Source: Tubiluchus corallicola (taxonomy: Eukaryota > Animalia > Priapulida). From it: DNA of 64,000 bases. Positions 1-14,500 of the stretch are shown piece after piece. The notes under the pieces are model-generated. The model ran no database searches. It was not told where the DNA came from and saw only the letters and a program-made list of their open reading frames with translations. The stretch is taken from positions 62,001 through 126,000 of the forward strand of contig JAQGDQ010000251.1 of assembly GCA_030141605.1 (NCBI GenBank), written 5' to 3'. A program made the position numbers and the translations under genes. Numbering within the stretch: the stretch's first letter is position 1; each line of letters starts with the position of its first letter.

Positions 1-1459
1 GAACATATGCAACTCCATACTCCATACAACATTTAACTTTCGCTCATGTCACTACATCATTTTCTGCTTACTGCTTCACGCTGCAAATAGTTTAGATCTC
101 TCTTGTCTGATAACACACCACAAACAGTTTCATTCTTGTTCCCTCAATTTGTGTAAATTTTGTTTTATTCACCTGTTTACCCATCATGAGATAATTATGA
201 CACAGACGCAATGCAAACCAGAATCCATCATTCATCGGCATACGGGTCACCAATGATGAAAGGTTATGGCGGGACCAGAACTTCATTGTTTTGCTTTTTA
301 GCTTCCTTATCAAAGAAAATTTGCTAAGATGAAGCGTTAAATTTCAACCCAGTCTCAGCCATTTGTGCACACATCTTTCTTCAACAGGAAAAATATCTTG
401 AGGTAATTGAAACGCCAGGCAGTTTTGTCGGTAGTTGCCGATCCATTTGCTAACCAGGCTCGGCGTTACTATTTTTGCTTTTTTTCCTTAAGAAATTTTG
501 TGTAGTCAGTATATAGGCTATCTTTAGTGCTTGTAGTGACTGACTATGCAAAAATATAAAAAATGTAAAAATAGCAACTGGTGAGTTCTGTACTAGTTTC
601 CCTTCCAGCCGAAAACAGTGTTGTGTCTTCTCAATTTGTTTTTCATTTGTGCGAATTTTTATTTTGTTTATTCATGTTTTCTTTATTATTTTTACGTGAT
701 CGCTTAAGATGATGACGACAACAGTGAAGATGATAAACACACAAAAAAATCCTAATTGCAATCCATTAACAATATGCAGAGATGATATGAATAAAACGCA
801 TTCTTCAAATACTAATCAAGATGTTTTTCATGAAATAAATATGCCTATTTGTGTAGATAATTACACGGCGGTTGTAGGCTGCAATTTCCTGGTCTGTTTC
901 TCTGCAGTCATTTTCTATAATTTGGCCGCTCCCACATTATTACTCCCATTACGCAGACATTGGTACCAGATGCAAATTAGAGGTCTTTAATACAATAGAA
1001 GAAACCAAGTAGTAATTACAGGCTTGGAGAAATTCTGTCATCGACACACCACCACACACGAACATTCAGTCCTAGGACACCACGCTGGGTCCAATTAATT
1101 CGAAAATCTTGTTTTGGATAGCGGTTCAATTAAGAATGTGTACACGAGGGGTGGGGATCTTATTAGAATGTTATTATGGGACTGTTAGCATGTAATAAAG
1201 ACCGCATCGCGGGCCGCAAAGCCCAGCATCTTTTCCATTTTTTACGCTTACGTAATGATGAATGGTTAATTACAAGTTACACTGACTATAATTATAGCTG
1301 ATACGAACAAACATAAAAACATTATTACACAAAACTACCGTTCTAGATATTATAATAACAGTTTCGTTTAGGACATAGTCCAGGGAGAGATAACACCGTA
1401 CGTAACTCAGTACTTGTTTCCAAGGTGGAAACCGATTATAATTACCTGCATGTTACTCG

Positions 1460-1550
1460 AAAAACTAGCGGTAGCTTTTTTAAAGTCTTTGGCATAACTC
1501 GCTCGGGACCTCCCGGATGAGAAGCGAGCACACTATTATTGAGCTATGCC
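1460..1550 (-). mobile_element. tRNA-derived SINE fragment with MetaSINE-like core start
   Basis: The minus strand reads ggcatagctcaataatag..ccgggaggtcccg (A-box/tRNA-like head), then gagttatgccaaagactttaaaaa, which resembles the Meta-domain core. Confidence 0.45.
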
Positions 1551-2406
1551 ACCCAAATTCTTGGTTACCTGGGAATATATAATTTTCCAACAATCTATAC
1601 AAAATAAAAAAATATATTTTTTAAATTGCATCGGCACATTGTCATGCAAGGTCTTACTCTTTATGTCTTACTAGTTTATTATGAATATAATTTTAGCCTA
1701 CAATCCGCTTTCTAATTGTGTTTAACCGGTTTATATTAAGCAGCGATTAGCCTTATACGTAATGCGTAAATTGGTGTAATGATAGAATTTGTGTGAAATT
1801 ACTACGCACTACGATAAAATTATGGCAAATTTGTTGCAGAAAAGATGGAAACTTAAAATATGTGAATACATTTTCAAAGTTTTTCATCACCTCTGTAATT
1901 TTAATTCATTATGACACCGTATGCAAAATAATAGTAAGCTACAACAAGTTAAATTTATTAAATAAAAAATTCATACCCGTTAGATTAATAAACTATTTTA
2001 GTTAATAAACAATGTTTGCAACATCGTTACACTCACGTTTACAGCATGCGCAACAAATTTATCGCAAGGCTTCTTTAATTTAGCCGTAAAATTTATTCAT
2101 TCTGGTTGGTCACGGGCGAATCATCTCTTTGGGTGAGTTAATTGTCAGCTAATTGACTAACTGATTTCATATAATTATCAGCTAGTTTATTTCACAATCT
2201 GATTTTGGTATATTCTATTTGGTGTTTCAAATCTTCTACCCAATAAATATCATTCAGTGGTACTTTTGCATCTTCTGCAAGTTAACTCTTTGTCTGATGG
2301 AAATTTCACCTGCAGAAGTTTACGGGAATTATTAATAAAAATGTGTAATCTAACCAAAGGTAAGCTTATATTTGTGATATCACAGTTAGCGGAAACTATA
2401 GTCATT

Positions 2407-2680
2407 GAGTGAGAGTGAGTGAGTGAGTGAGTGAGTGGGTGGGTGAGTGAGTGAGTGAGTGAGTGAGTGAGTCAGTCAGTCAGTCAGTCAGTCAGTGAGT
2501 GAGTGAGTGAGTGAGTGTATAAAACAGAAAGAAAGGGAGAGAAAAAAGAAGGGAAAGAGAAGAGACAGAAACAGAGAGAGAAAGAGAGAGGGAAAGAGAA
2601 AGGAAGGGAAAGAAAAAGGAAGGGAAAGATGGAGGCGTAGAGAGACAAAAATAAGAAGGGAAACGGATGGAGAGAGTCAG
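2407..2680. repeat. (GAGT)n/(GTCA)n microsatellite followed by GA-rich low-complexity tract
   Basis: Directly visible tetranucleotide repeats and purine run. Confidence 0.95.
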
Positions 2681-4418
2681 AACTACTGTAGTCTTAATGT
2701 CCATTAATATCTGCGAGATTCTACTTGAGTCTCTGACGTTTTCCAAGAAAAAGGTTGTTTTTCTGAAATCTCTTTTAGTCAATCTCTCAATGTTCCATTA
2801 GTTCATGCAGCACAATTATTGTGCAAGTTTCTTTGTGCTTAAATAAGCACAAAAATACAAAAGAGCTGCAGGTATCCTAACGAGTGGTAACTAAGCAAGC
2901 CAAGTGAAATCACGGTTGCTATGGAAAGTGCGGGAAGCATTTTATTCAGCAAGCGCTCAGAAAAATTAGTTCCGCACTACTTTTCTCTGTAAAGTTTATA
3001 AAAGAAATCCGAGGGGGGAGTCATTGTTGGCAAATTCAAATGCAACCTACTGCGCAATGATGCGATTATTAAATTTATTCGAAAGACACCAAAGACATTT
3101 AAATTCGAGTTTCAAATTGGAATACAGTTGGAATTAATTAGTTTAGTTATTATTAATTGTGCCGTACATCTAGCAGTAGGTTATTCAGCTGCCATTTTCC
3201 ATTCTTCTTTTTTATTTTTGTTTTCATTATTAGTTCTATACGCTTGTTTCAGACTTTTCCGTATTACATAGTATAATAAAATTCAACGTAAACATTGGTG
3301 GACCCCGCATTTCAGTATTTTTGTAAGAGACGAAGTCAAGCATTAGGTAATTACCATTAAATTTTTGAAGTTTTAAATTTCCATTTTTGTGTAGCGCGTG
3401 CTGTATAGGCTAAGCTATTTATTTATTTTATTTTTTAAATCGCTTATTCCTGTTTTAAATTTTATCATTTTTTCTGCAGCTAAGAAATCAGTGACTGTCA
3501 CTCACTTTATATTGTTCTTCACCAGTCCGGATAATTAAAATTTTACGTAATACAATGCTGTTTATATAAACCATCAGCACGCCTTTCTGGGGCCAATTAT
3601 TTACTGGATTAGCATGAGAAAAGACTGAGAGCCAAATCCCCTACAAAGTCATGAATATAATTAACCAGTTGCTGTAATAACATGGCATTTGCTAAGGTGG
3701 TTTAGTCCAATCTTCCATTGGACGTATTTTAAACATTTATCCTTCCTGATATATAATAAAGCTATTATCATATGAAAGAAAGCCCATTTCTCTGAAAAAA
3801 CCGTCGGTGTTTCATAATACATGAAGAAATGGAACATGTTTGTGAACGCTGGTGCTTATACAGGAGAGTGTAGACCCTTGGGGAATACCAGAACTGTAGC
3901 GCGATGGTGGTTATTTTGAAGACAGAGGGTTTTTGTGCACGAAATGCAAGCGTAGGCCACTTAACACGGCACTTCTCAATCTAAACGTGGCGTTATTATA
4001 GCAGCGTCGCGGTATTGATAGCAAATTCTGGTCACAAACAAAAGTTCGCAATTGGAGAAAGTGTTAAATCTACTTATTGGTTTTTCACCTTATAAACTAG
4101 GGCACGTACTCAATTCTTGGCTTCTCGAATGCTTGCCAATTTAATTTTGATGACATGGCCGCCTTTATTAAATTTATAATTTATTACAAAGGCACGTTTA
4201 GGGATACAACAATTAATTTGCTAAAACTTAAGGTAATAAGGAATTTTAAGTCAAACGCTTATCTACCTAATGTATCTGATCACTAGGTTTAGCATTACTA
4301 CTTATAGTTATAGCTGTCACTTTTGTAAACCAGCAACATAAACAACAGATTATTTACTACAAAGTGAAACAGACTTCGTACTTGGCTGATGGTACATCAA
4401 CGATGATGTATCTATCCA

Positions 4419-4962
4419 TTAAAGGCCAAGCCGTCTGGGAAATTAGTTTTTTCAATGTTTGCATGTTAGAAGAACGTTAGGAGAATTCAGTAATAAATGT
4501 GATAAGCACCTCGCGTAGTTAGTAAAATCATTTTCAAGTCACGACAATTTCACGCTTAGGCACTGCCATTTTGAACCCCCATTCCTCCACTAATGATGTC
4601 ATTTGTCGACGGTAGAAAAGCAGCGCATTGCTAATTTCAATCAAAAATATAAAAAGTTTTACAAAAAAAAAGACAGCTAAGTTTGTGATCTTTTTGCATG
4701 AACATTAGATTAGATTGCAGAAATTTGAATTGGTTCAAGCAGCGCGTGCATAGGGAAAGTCGCCATGAGCTTACGAAAAGTCACGAAGTCCACCAATTAA
4801 TTCATAGTTTTCAAGTGAGTGATAGTTACTACAGGTCCACAGCACTTGAAATTTCATGGTTTATAGACATTTTTTGCAAATTTCTTTGTAATATTTTTTC
4901 TAAGTTTAAGCAATAAAAGTAAAATAAACCCAACATGCTAAATGACTTGTCCTTTCCTTTAA
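4419..4962. mobile_element. Kolobok-like non-autonomous DNA transposon, family A copy 1
   Basis: TTAA|AGG...CCT|TTAA ends; colinear similarity to 6450-6993 (shared agtaaaatcatttt, aaaagtcacgaagtc, tttatagaca, tgacttgt). Confidence 0.75.
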
Positions 4963-6449
4963 AATTCACATTCTAAAACTAGTTTTATTATAAAAACTTG
5001 CCAAGTTTTAAACTTGATTTTGATGCAGTGTTATGATCAACTCTTATCAATACTTCAAAATGTATAGATAGGACTCAATTGTTTCTGAAGTTCTGACTAT
5101 GAGCAATTTTTACAGAAAATGTCCTCATGTACGCTGATGAACAAAAATGTATAAGTACTTACATAACCGCCGGGTCTATTGCTAATGTTGAATGATTATG
5201 GAGGGAAGAATCTATCGCATTGTGACCCACTGAACCAACCGTGTTTTTGTCTGAATTTATTTATTTTGTTATTTATTTATTTACATCTACGTACCTACTG
5301 CAAACTATTCTAGAAGACTTTTTGTCTGGTTCCCCATTCATAATTTTGCAAAACTTTTACTGTGGACATTTTCCACTTTTCTTTAGGGCAGTTGGCGTAA
5401 TTCTGTTTACTTCTTACTTTATTGTTTAAAATCCAAAAAGTACTTTTAACAGTCTCTACGTGTACGCGCTTTTGTTTCCTTAAGAAAAGACAGCGTTACA
5501 AATTCATTTAATGTTACAATGAAATATGACGATTTTTTTTTCTTTCTTCGTGGCAAGAATTTTATTAAATTTCAGTTTTTCTCGTTAACTTTTTTTCTAA
5601 TTGAGAACTGCCACGGAACCCAAATATTTCTCAAACTCACACGGTGTCGCTTGTGGCAGGTGCAAATACAACATCGGTTTATTTCACACTTACTGATTTT
5701 TCTGTTACAGTTCCAAACATTGATGAAAATAATGGAAGCAATTACACGTGTGCGTAATTCGAAACCAAAGCCATATTGTTATTAAGCGGCCCATTAACAG
5801 ATATATGAACCCAGGTAAACACAACATTTCAATAAGTGTTTAAAGTTTTGCATACACACAGCTTGATGCATGAATAGCATACAACTGACCGAACTAATGG
5901 ACATCCCTAACTAGTCTTTAGAATTCTATACCCAAGGGCAGAGAACAGCCCCTTTAATTTGTAATGCCCACTCGCACCCTTTGTGCGATGCGTGTACTCT
6001 TAACTTCATACAATAGCACGTATTCTCTAGTAAGAGCTACGTAAACTTTACTAGAATATCGAGAAACACGTTCAGAAATCAATGCATTTAACCTGTTTGT
6101 GTTACGTCCTGCCAATACCCTTCGCATGGGTCTTACTTAAGCCCTTTCTTTTCATTTTTTATCATCGTATTATTTACTTTGCAGAATTTTTTTTAAAACT
6201 TATAGTAAGCAAAGACAAATTGCTGCTCTAAATATGTTTTCGGCGAATTGCATATACATTTTAGATTTCGCACTACCTGTTTTAAAGATTTAAGATTTAT
6301 TTATTACGCTTTTATTTATATATTACACAAGCATAAAAATGCACTTCGGTGTTACAATAAATTAAGTTTAAATCACACGTGCAAATAGTCCAATATGCAT
6401 ACACGTTTGCAAAATCACATACACAACATACAATCACGTATAAATCACA

Positions 6450-6993
6450 TTAAAGGAAATGCCAAATCTTCTGGGAAGTTAGGCTTATTTCAATGTTCGC
6501 GAGAATAATGTTAGAAGGATATAGTAATAAGCGCCTCGTTTAATCAGTAAAATCATTTTAAAATCGCCATCGCTTCATGCTTGGGCGTTCGCATTTTCAA
6601 TGCCCAGTCTTCTTCCAACGACGTCATTCGTTCTGAAGAAACGTAGCGCACTGTCAATCTTTTTCAAAAGCATAATAAGTTGTTACAAAAATTAGATAGC
6701 TAACTTTATGATATTTTTGTGTGAACCTTAGGTAAGCTATAAAAGTCTGAACTAGTTTAAGCAGCGGCAGCGCGCTATTGCGGAAACCCACGATGTTCTT
6801 ACTAAAAGTCACGAAGTCTCCCAGTTACCTCATAATTTTTAAGTGAATAGCGGCAACCACCGTGCCTGAAAATTTCTATTCAGAGGTAATATATTTTAAA
6901 TCTATGCTTTATAGACAGTTGCTTTACTAATTTTTTGTTATATTTTTAAAAGTTTAAATGACACCCATATGAGTGACTTGTTCTATCCTTTAA
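6450..6993. mobile_element. Kolobok-like non-autonomous DNA transposon, family A copy 2
   Basis: TTAA|AGG...CCT|TTAA ends; diverged direct copy of 4419-4962. Confidence 0.75.
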
Positions 6994-7933
6994 CAATGAA
7001 GTTCGAGTTTGGCGCGTACATAGAAATAGAAATTATATATACATTCTTCCATAGAAGCATTACACGCTTAAACTTATGTATTTTACAACATTTAAAATTG
7101 GTAGTGACAATTATTTAATAATTTTCATTGACAAAGTAAAAGAACGTGCTGCACATTATGTGCAACTACTGCACTACCTGCTTTAAACAGGTTTTAATAT
7201 AGGTTTCTCTTTATTTACGAAGTTTTGTAGGTTTCGAATTCGATCACAAAATGTATGTGATATCGCTACAGGTAATTTTTTGGTGCCATTAATTTTACTT
7301 TTATGCATGTGTACGAGGCTTAGCGATGAAATAAAACGAGAAATGATTAAATTGTTTTAAAACGTGTAACGAGTCATAAAGCGTAAGTGTTTTAGATGAA
7401 AAGACCATTAAGCGTTCAATTTTTTTCGCCTTTATCGCGGGAAAAAACGTTAATTTTAAATTCTTAATATCGTCTTTAACAGGAGGGCTGCGATTCCATA
7501 TTAGTTTGGTTAGTAATAATTAATATGTAGCTAATCAATAGTCGAGGGCAAAAGGGAGCCAGTGGTCACAGTTGTTCCACGATGAGTGGTGCCAATCACA
7601 TGCTAAGGCATCGACTATTTTACTCTCATTTTGCTCGTTTTTAGTTATTGTAAGCTAAATCACACGTGTACACTAAGTTTTTACATTTATGTATATAAAA
7701 GGTCAGTATTTATATTCACAGATAACAAATTTATATTTACTTGCTGATAGCCACTTTGTAAATATGTAAAATATGTAAAGTTTAAGTTTAATGTTACGTG
7801 TCATTTTTGCACTTGTTGCTTAGATTTTATTATGGCACATTTGCCTCCAACAGTGTATGTTTTTTAACTTTCACTGACTCAACATCTTAATATTTTGTCA
7901 TGATTTCCAATACTATTATGCCAAATAAAGATA

Positions 7934-7970
7934 TTACTTACTTGTTTACTTACTTACTTACTTACTTACA

Positions 7971-8054
<84 letters not shown>

Positions 8055-8252
8055 CACTCACTCACTCACTCACTCACTCACTCACTCACTCACTCACTCA
8101 CTCACTCACTCACTCACTCACTCACTCACTCACTCACTCACTCACTCACTCACTCACTCACTCACTCACTCACTTACTCACTCACTCACTTACTTACTTA
8201 CTTACTTGCTTACTTGCTTTTTTGCTTGCTTGCTTGCTTACCTATTTACTTA
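7934..8252. repeat. Compound microsatellite (TTAC)n(TCAC)n(TTGC)n
   Basis: Directly visible; it explains the spurious ORF 7900..8274. Confidence 0.97.
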
Positions 8253-9150
8253 CGAGTCAGAAACTATTAAATAAAATAAGAAATAAAAACATATATAATG
8301 TACATATTATTAATATGACTGTAAAATAATATTGATTTACATAATAGTTATATGATTTTTGGTAAATATTGTAAAGGAAATTATGATGGTTTTAAGCTTA
8401 AGCATACTTGTAATTAAAGACTTTGATTGCAGAATGCATCCTCCGGGATGGTTAAACGGAATTCTCAAACTCAATCTTAGCGAAAACTCCCCCTTCGTTT
8501 ACAAATATCTGGCGAAGCAGCAGATAGAGATTGCAATTTTTATAGCATTTTTGAGACGATATTTAACAAGGCTATTTTTCATCACAAATGTAAATCAGTG
8601 GCTTTAGTAAGACCTGAAAAACAAATTTCTTGAGCAAATAGGTACCTATCGTACTAGACGAATAGAGAAAACGACGTTCATTCCCTTTCGTCCAACGAAG
8701 CCATCGTCACAATTAAATATTTTGTAAAAACACATTTATTGTCAATAGTACTTGCAGCTTAACTGACTTTGTCTTGTCACTTCTCGTAATTTTTCATGTA
8801 AACAATGTCTCTTGTAGGCCTATAATGGTATATTTCATTGATTGATGTGTTTTTTTCTATTTTTAGTGCATTCACACATTGTATTCAGTTATTTCTGCTA
8901 TGGTGTGACTTTTTAATAAAAACTCATTTTTTATCTATTTGTTTGTTTGTTTATCTATCTATCTATCTATTTATTCATTTATTTATTATTCATATTTTAA
9001 TAGGAGATTAATTCAATAGTATTCAATTTTATTCAATAGTCGATAGTTAATCAATAGTTAACTTCAAATTAAAACAGTTGTTTAAGATGTTTAAAAAGAG
9101 ATTAACAAATTTAACAAAATCGAAAAGACACAACATTATCTTCTTCGCTG

Positions 9151-9246
9151 AATGTAGAACAATAATGTAGAACAATAATGTAGAACAATAATGTAGAACA
9201 ATCATGTAGAACAATCATGTAGAATAATCATGTAGAATAATCATGT
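9151..9246. repeat. 13-bp minisatellite (aatgtagaacaat), ~7 copies
   Basis: Tandem units with progressive variants and no spacers. Confidence 0.9.
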
Positions 9247-11271
9247 TTAATAATGAATAAAGCTTCACATGTGAAGCACAGTTTAACACAAAACAAGAAA
9301 AATCGTAACAGCTTGAATAAAACTGTTAACTGGAGTTTTTTCTTACCTACCCGGGTTTGTTTAAATTTACATCATTGCTCTTGCATTGCTTTTAGAAAGC
9401 ACGCTTAACTAAATTCCATTCCATGATTGGTTTCAAGCGAAAAGAAAAAATAGTCTATGCATGTTAAGACGAAGAAGGCAAAAATTACCGAGCGTAGAGT
9501 GAAATATATAAGTTTGTAAATTCATTGACGAACAACACAATACAATACAAATTAGTACATTACAATACGGTGTACATAAAGAATCACACATCACACAAAA
9601 ACAGCCAAACACTTGGGTATAATTGTCGCTTTGAAACAGTAAAAAAAGCAATAGAGGTAAAACAGTTTACAGTATTAACACGTTTACAAAAAAATATAAT
9701 TACCATAATGTGGTATTGCTATTAATAGAATATGACTTTCTGTGATTAAGATTTTATTTTCCTCCTTTCAAAATAGCTCGTAATATAACTTGAAACTAAA
9801 TTTGCAAGTTTACAGTCAATTCCATTCTTCAGAAAGTTTGGAAAAGTTTCATTGATATAACAGAAGAAGCTATATCTTAAATCATCATAATAGTTACATT
9901 CAAGAATTAAATACTTTTTGGCGTCAATTTCACGATCATTACAAAAAAGTCATAACAAATGACAAAAAATTTATGCAAGATTTGATGAAAATTGGCTGTA
10001 AATTGAGGCATTGAGACTTGCTGAGAATCAGTCGTGGTGCAGTCTCTAGCCTTTAGTTTAAGTCAAAAGCAGAAATAATGACTAAGACCCAAGTTATTGC
10101 CCAGTAGAACTGCCATGGCACGGACTTATATTTTTAATACTGTGAGCTTCTAATTTGTTTCGCGGTAGGTTTTTAACGCAAAATACTCTAGCTAAACGAC
10201 TTGATTGTGAACTATTTTTGCATTGTTAGCCATCAAAGCTAACCTATAGCCCTCGCAGCTTAACAAACCTTTCGTAAAACAGCAGGCTTTTGCACAAAAT
10301 TGAATTTACGTTAACTTAATACAAACAGTTCTTAACAAGTTTGTCTTGAATTCTTACGTCTCGTGTCTTTATTATGACTAGAGCTATCGGCTTGGTTTGC
10401 TATTAACAGAGAAATACAGTCAGACCAGTCTTGGCTTTTACCATTTCACAATAATGACCATTAAAGAGAATGGTTTTCGTAATTACCATAGGCCATTACT
10501 ATCGATCATCAAAATGTTGAGGAAACTACTTATTACTGCTGCTGCTTGAAAACACTTTTCGTTATGATGACTGCGTGTACTAGCACTTTCCTCTTTAAGC
10601 ACCTCCTACATTTGCAGAAAGCCGGCCCTTTTTTAGTCAATGCCCAAGTTTGGTCCTCCCACTAGGAGAAACTCCACCTTTGCCAAACTTCGTGTGATGC
10701 TCCAATTTTGATGACTTGTAATGGTCAATTTGTGTGATGTTTCGTTGCAAATCGTTATGACACTAGCACCTGTTTGACTGTTGTTATTCAGGCATTCTAG
10801 CTAGTGATTTGAGTCTGTTTTAGATCAATTTAATGATTTAGCAAATTTAATAGCAAGTGTTCTTTCTATAACTTCGCTTCATTTGACTACAATGTCAGTA
10901 GTCGTTTAATTATTACTTTACGTGGTCTAAGTACTTATGTGGCGAACATTTACTGGTGAAATCAAAATATCTAATTGGCTTCTTGTAAACCTGTTGCTAA
11001 ACCTAACGTTAGGCCTAATGCAGATTTTAGTGCAAGCATTTTGAAGTTAATTTACCATTTGCAGTCTTCTAATAATCCTTAGCGTAATAGTTATTGTAAC
11101 CATTATTAGTTTAAATGTTATATAAAGCATAACAGTACTGTTAAGATCTGGTGAAAAATTTGTGCAAATGTATATGTGCAAACCAATGAGAAATAAATAT
11201 ATAGTCGAGGTAGTAGTAATAACAAAAAAATTTTTATTTGCCTTCAGTAAACAACTAAAACGTTGATCATC

Positions 11272-11564
11272 ATAATACTAATATTAAAGATAGACAACGT
11301 GTTAGTTTATAGTAAAAAACATGCACATACATTATCAATTTTGAACAAACAATTCTGTGAGGAGTTGTAAAGAAATCGACTTGTGAACTAATAGTATGTA
11401 CCTTTAAGGAGTTAACAGTATGAAGGATAAAGCGCCAAGCAGTCAGTACAACAGACAATGAAAACAACTTTCGATTGCGCAGTTAGGAGAAATGTACAGA
11501 TATCTAAGCCCCCTACAAAATCCTTCAAGGTTATTGTATGCCCAGGCCTATAACTAAACTTACA
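11272..11564 (+). pseudogene. Highly degraded Ty3/Gypsy-like reverse transcriptase remnant
   Basis: Across stops and frameshifts it reads IDNVLVYSKKH (cf. YIDDILVYSK), CTFKELTV, KQLSIAQLG and PITKLT (cf. PLTKLT), in the order expected for Gypsy RT. Confidence 0.4.
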
Positions 11565-14500
11565 ATTGACTTACTGAGAGTGTGTTAGTCTGTTACTAAC
11601 CCGTTGCAAGCAATGGTTATGTTTCAGACGATTGTCACTTGTTTGAACCTACAAATTGTTGCATAATATAGTAAACCAATTGCAATGAGTTATTAGATAT
11701 CTTGCAAATCAGTAGCAACAACTAATATAAAATATATTGAACACTGTAATTAAAGCAAAATGTCCAAGGTCAAAATGTGAGACAAACGATCGGTTCTAAT
11801 TGTTTACCAATTGAATCAATAAATGAAAGAATTTAAATCTTACATTTGCCACTGAAAAAGGCTTTGCGTTGTTTCCTGTGGCTTTCGATAAACATGATTT
11901 TTTAGCCTGAAACCAACAGTTTTTGGCGGAAAGTGTACGGTAAACAATCCTCTAGACTAGACGTTCATCAGCAATTATTAACGTGTGATTGGTCTCATCG
12001 CTTCTAGGTTTAGTTGCATAATCAGCTCAGAGGTGGCAGCACCACCTTATTGCAAATCTAAGCCTCTATGGGTGCGCTCCGGCGACGCTAAACAGTAATT
12101 CAATTGAATTCACAAACTTTGCTACCAAAAAAACCGTGGAAATCAAGGCTAGATTGTCTAGTAATTGAAACATTGCATTTGTGATCATTGACTTGTCCTA
12201 AAAATAGTTTCTTGGCATCTTAGACAAGATATAAAAATTTAAGCCTGCGTGAAATCAGATACTAACTAAAGTACAATAACTTACAGTTACTAAAACAACT
12301 TGTATTTACGTTCATCCGAACTAAAGCAAAATGATAAATTACGCTATGACCACGAGTCAATATTACCAAACAGTAGTACATTAAATTAAAAAAATAACAA
12401 TAGCAGGAAAAATTTAGAAGCTGCTTGCTCACTCTCCATGTTAGCTTAACTCTTCTGGTAGTGGTAGGCATTTAGTAGCTCTTAGAAAATTGTTTAAGTG
12501 GTCCTTTGTCCAATGTCCAAGCATGCCGACTACTGGAAGGATACGCTGGTAATAGGCATCGTGGCATCATATTTTTACAACTTAATATAATAAAGTTTGC
12601 CGAAAGAGGGCAGCACAGACATGTGCAAACAACAAATAATATAAATAATTATCTGCTGGAGTAAGTTCTATCAAGCAGCCTACAGACTGGGCGTATAGAT
12701 ACATGTAATCATACAATGACAACAGCAGTATTGGTAGTAGTAGTAGTAAAAATAGTTCATTATAGTGACTCATTTTCGTTTACATCAGTAAGAATTTATT
12801 GCGATAAAAATATTTGAAAACCCAGCCATTTTGGTTTATGAGTCACTATCACAACAAATATACGTAAGCCTATCATTAGTGAACATATTATAATAATAAA
12901 TTCTGATGTATACAACGTTCAATTAAAAGACAAATGTCATAGATTCTGTTCGATTATGTAGAATTTAAGAAAACGACCATTACTTATAACTATGACTCTT
13001 TTTGTCCTTTCTCATAACTTTTTTATATCATTTTGCTACTTCTCTTGTTACTTTATTTTCCATCATTATAAAAATTAATATTGTTGTTAAAATACTGCTC
13101 ATTTTTATAATATTATAAAGAGAACACTCTGTTAAAAATGTTCTCCAACGACTACAACGTTCACTTTAAGCATTTATGGAGGCTGTAGATCGCTTTAAAA
13201 GATATATCAAGGGTAAAAAATCGTTACATTTAAAATACAAGAAAAAGTTTCAGTGCAGACAATTCGTAAACATTTCTGGCACTTTTTCAACAAGGTAAGA
13301 GTCAGGAAGATTGACATAATCAGAACAGGGCTTGGGCCAATTGAAGACGTTAAAGACAACGAACTGCAGGATATTGGAGCAAACTTCTTAAAGGAAAACC
13401 GGACGATTGTTTACACTCAATCTCATTTTAATTTACTGTCTAAAATATACATTTTCTTGCCTATAAAAGTTAGCAATTGTTTCTTATATTTGAAAAATTG
13501 GCTCAGAAAGTTGCAACGGCAACCGAACACAGCTATTGCTTACGTAGAAACTAACCACGGTAGACAACTTCCCTGCGCGGAAAGCACATTTGTGTAAATA
13601 AGTGTTACTGCTTAAACGGGTGATGTCAGCAAAATGGGGTATACGTCATATGACGACAGAAACTAACACTGCAGTTCGTGATCAAGGTTATCACGGTACC
13701 GCCTTCTATTTGCCGGCCACGCGAACGTGACAAAAAGGCCCCGTGGCCAATCTTAGTAGATTCACTGAGCGTAGTTTTGAAAGTTTACCAAAATTTGAAT
13801 ATCCAAGATAATTATTATTTAATCTAAGCTTTGGTTTAAAAAAAGACTATTGTAGTTTTTAATATTTTAAAGTATTCTTTATTCTGAACTAATGTTTACA
13901 CAATCGACTGGTTTTCCTTTAACGAGAGCAAAAGTCAGGACAGGTGACTGGATCATATCTGGGATGCGACGTTATAACATGTCACGATGGGAAGACGTTG
14001 ACTGTTTACCCTGTGTTTGCAAGCATTGATGTCGGAGATATGGAGAAACCTGATGTAACTACTATAAAACAAGATGCTGATCTGGAGTATATAAATCTGT
14101 GCATTCCTCATGTCATTCAAATGAATGTTCCATGGCACGAAGGTTTCTGATTTAACACCAAACCCCTTCGCCGTCCTGAGCAGCAGAAAGTAGGTTCTCA
14201 GGACAATTCCCCCCCCACACTTTTTGGTAATGTGGTTAACGTTGCCAACGAGCTGCAAGAATATATATATCAGTCTATATCAGTACGGAATCCGAGGCAA
14301 AAGGAGTTAATTTCTGCAAGCCCAGTGACGGTCACCCATAGGCCACTTAAGGGTACGTGAGAAAGCAGTAATGGCTGGTAATGCCCTTCGAATTTCAATC
14401 ATTAAATTTTGTTATTGTAAATACAGACAAACTGAGTTGTTATAATCATCTTTTCTCATTAAATTTGCAAGTAATTCTACCGTTTAAGTCAGTTTGCTGA

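Noticed and set aside
1-990. Minus-strand protein-like text (MAETGLKF..PFIIGDPYADE) and a TTAA-like terminus at 990
   Set aside because: Every frame has multiple stops and I cannot assign a family; it may be a decayed transposon but is unsupported.
2407-8190. (GTGA)n and (TCAC)n tracts forming a long-range inverted pair
   Set aside because: Common microsatellites in opposite orientation, with no sign of element termini or TSD.
7900-8274. 124-aa ORF with LTYL/LTHS repeats
   Set aside because: It is a translation of the (TTAC)n(TCAC)n microsatellite.
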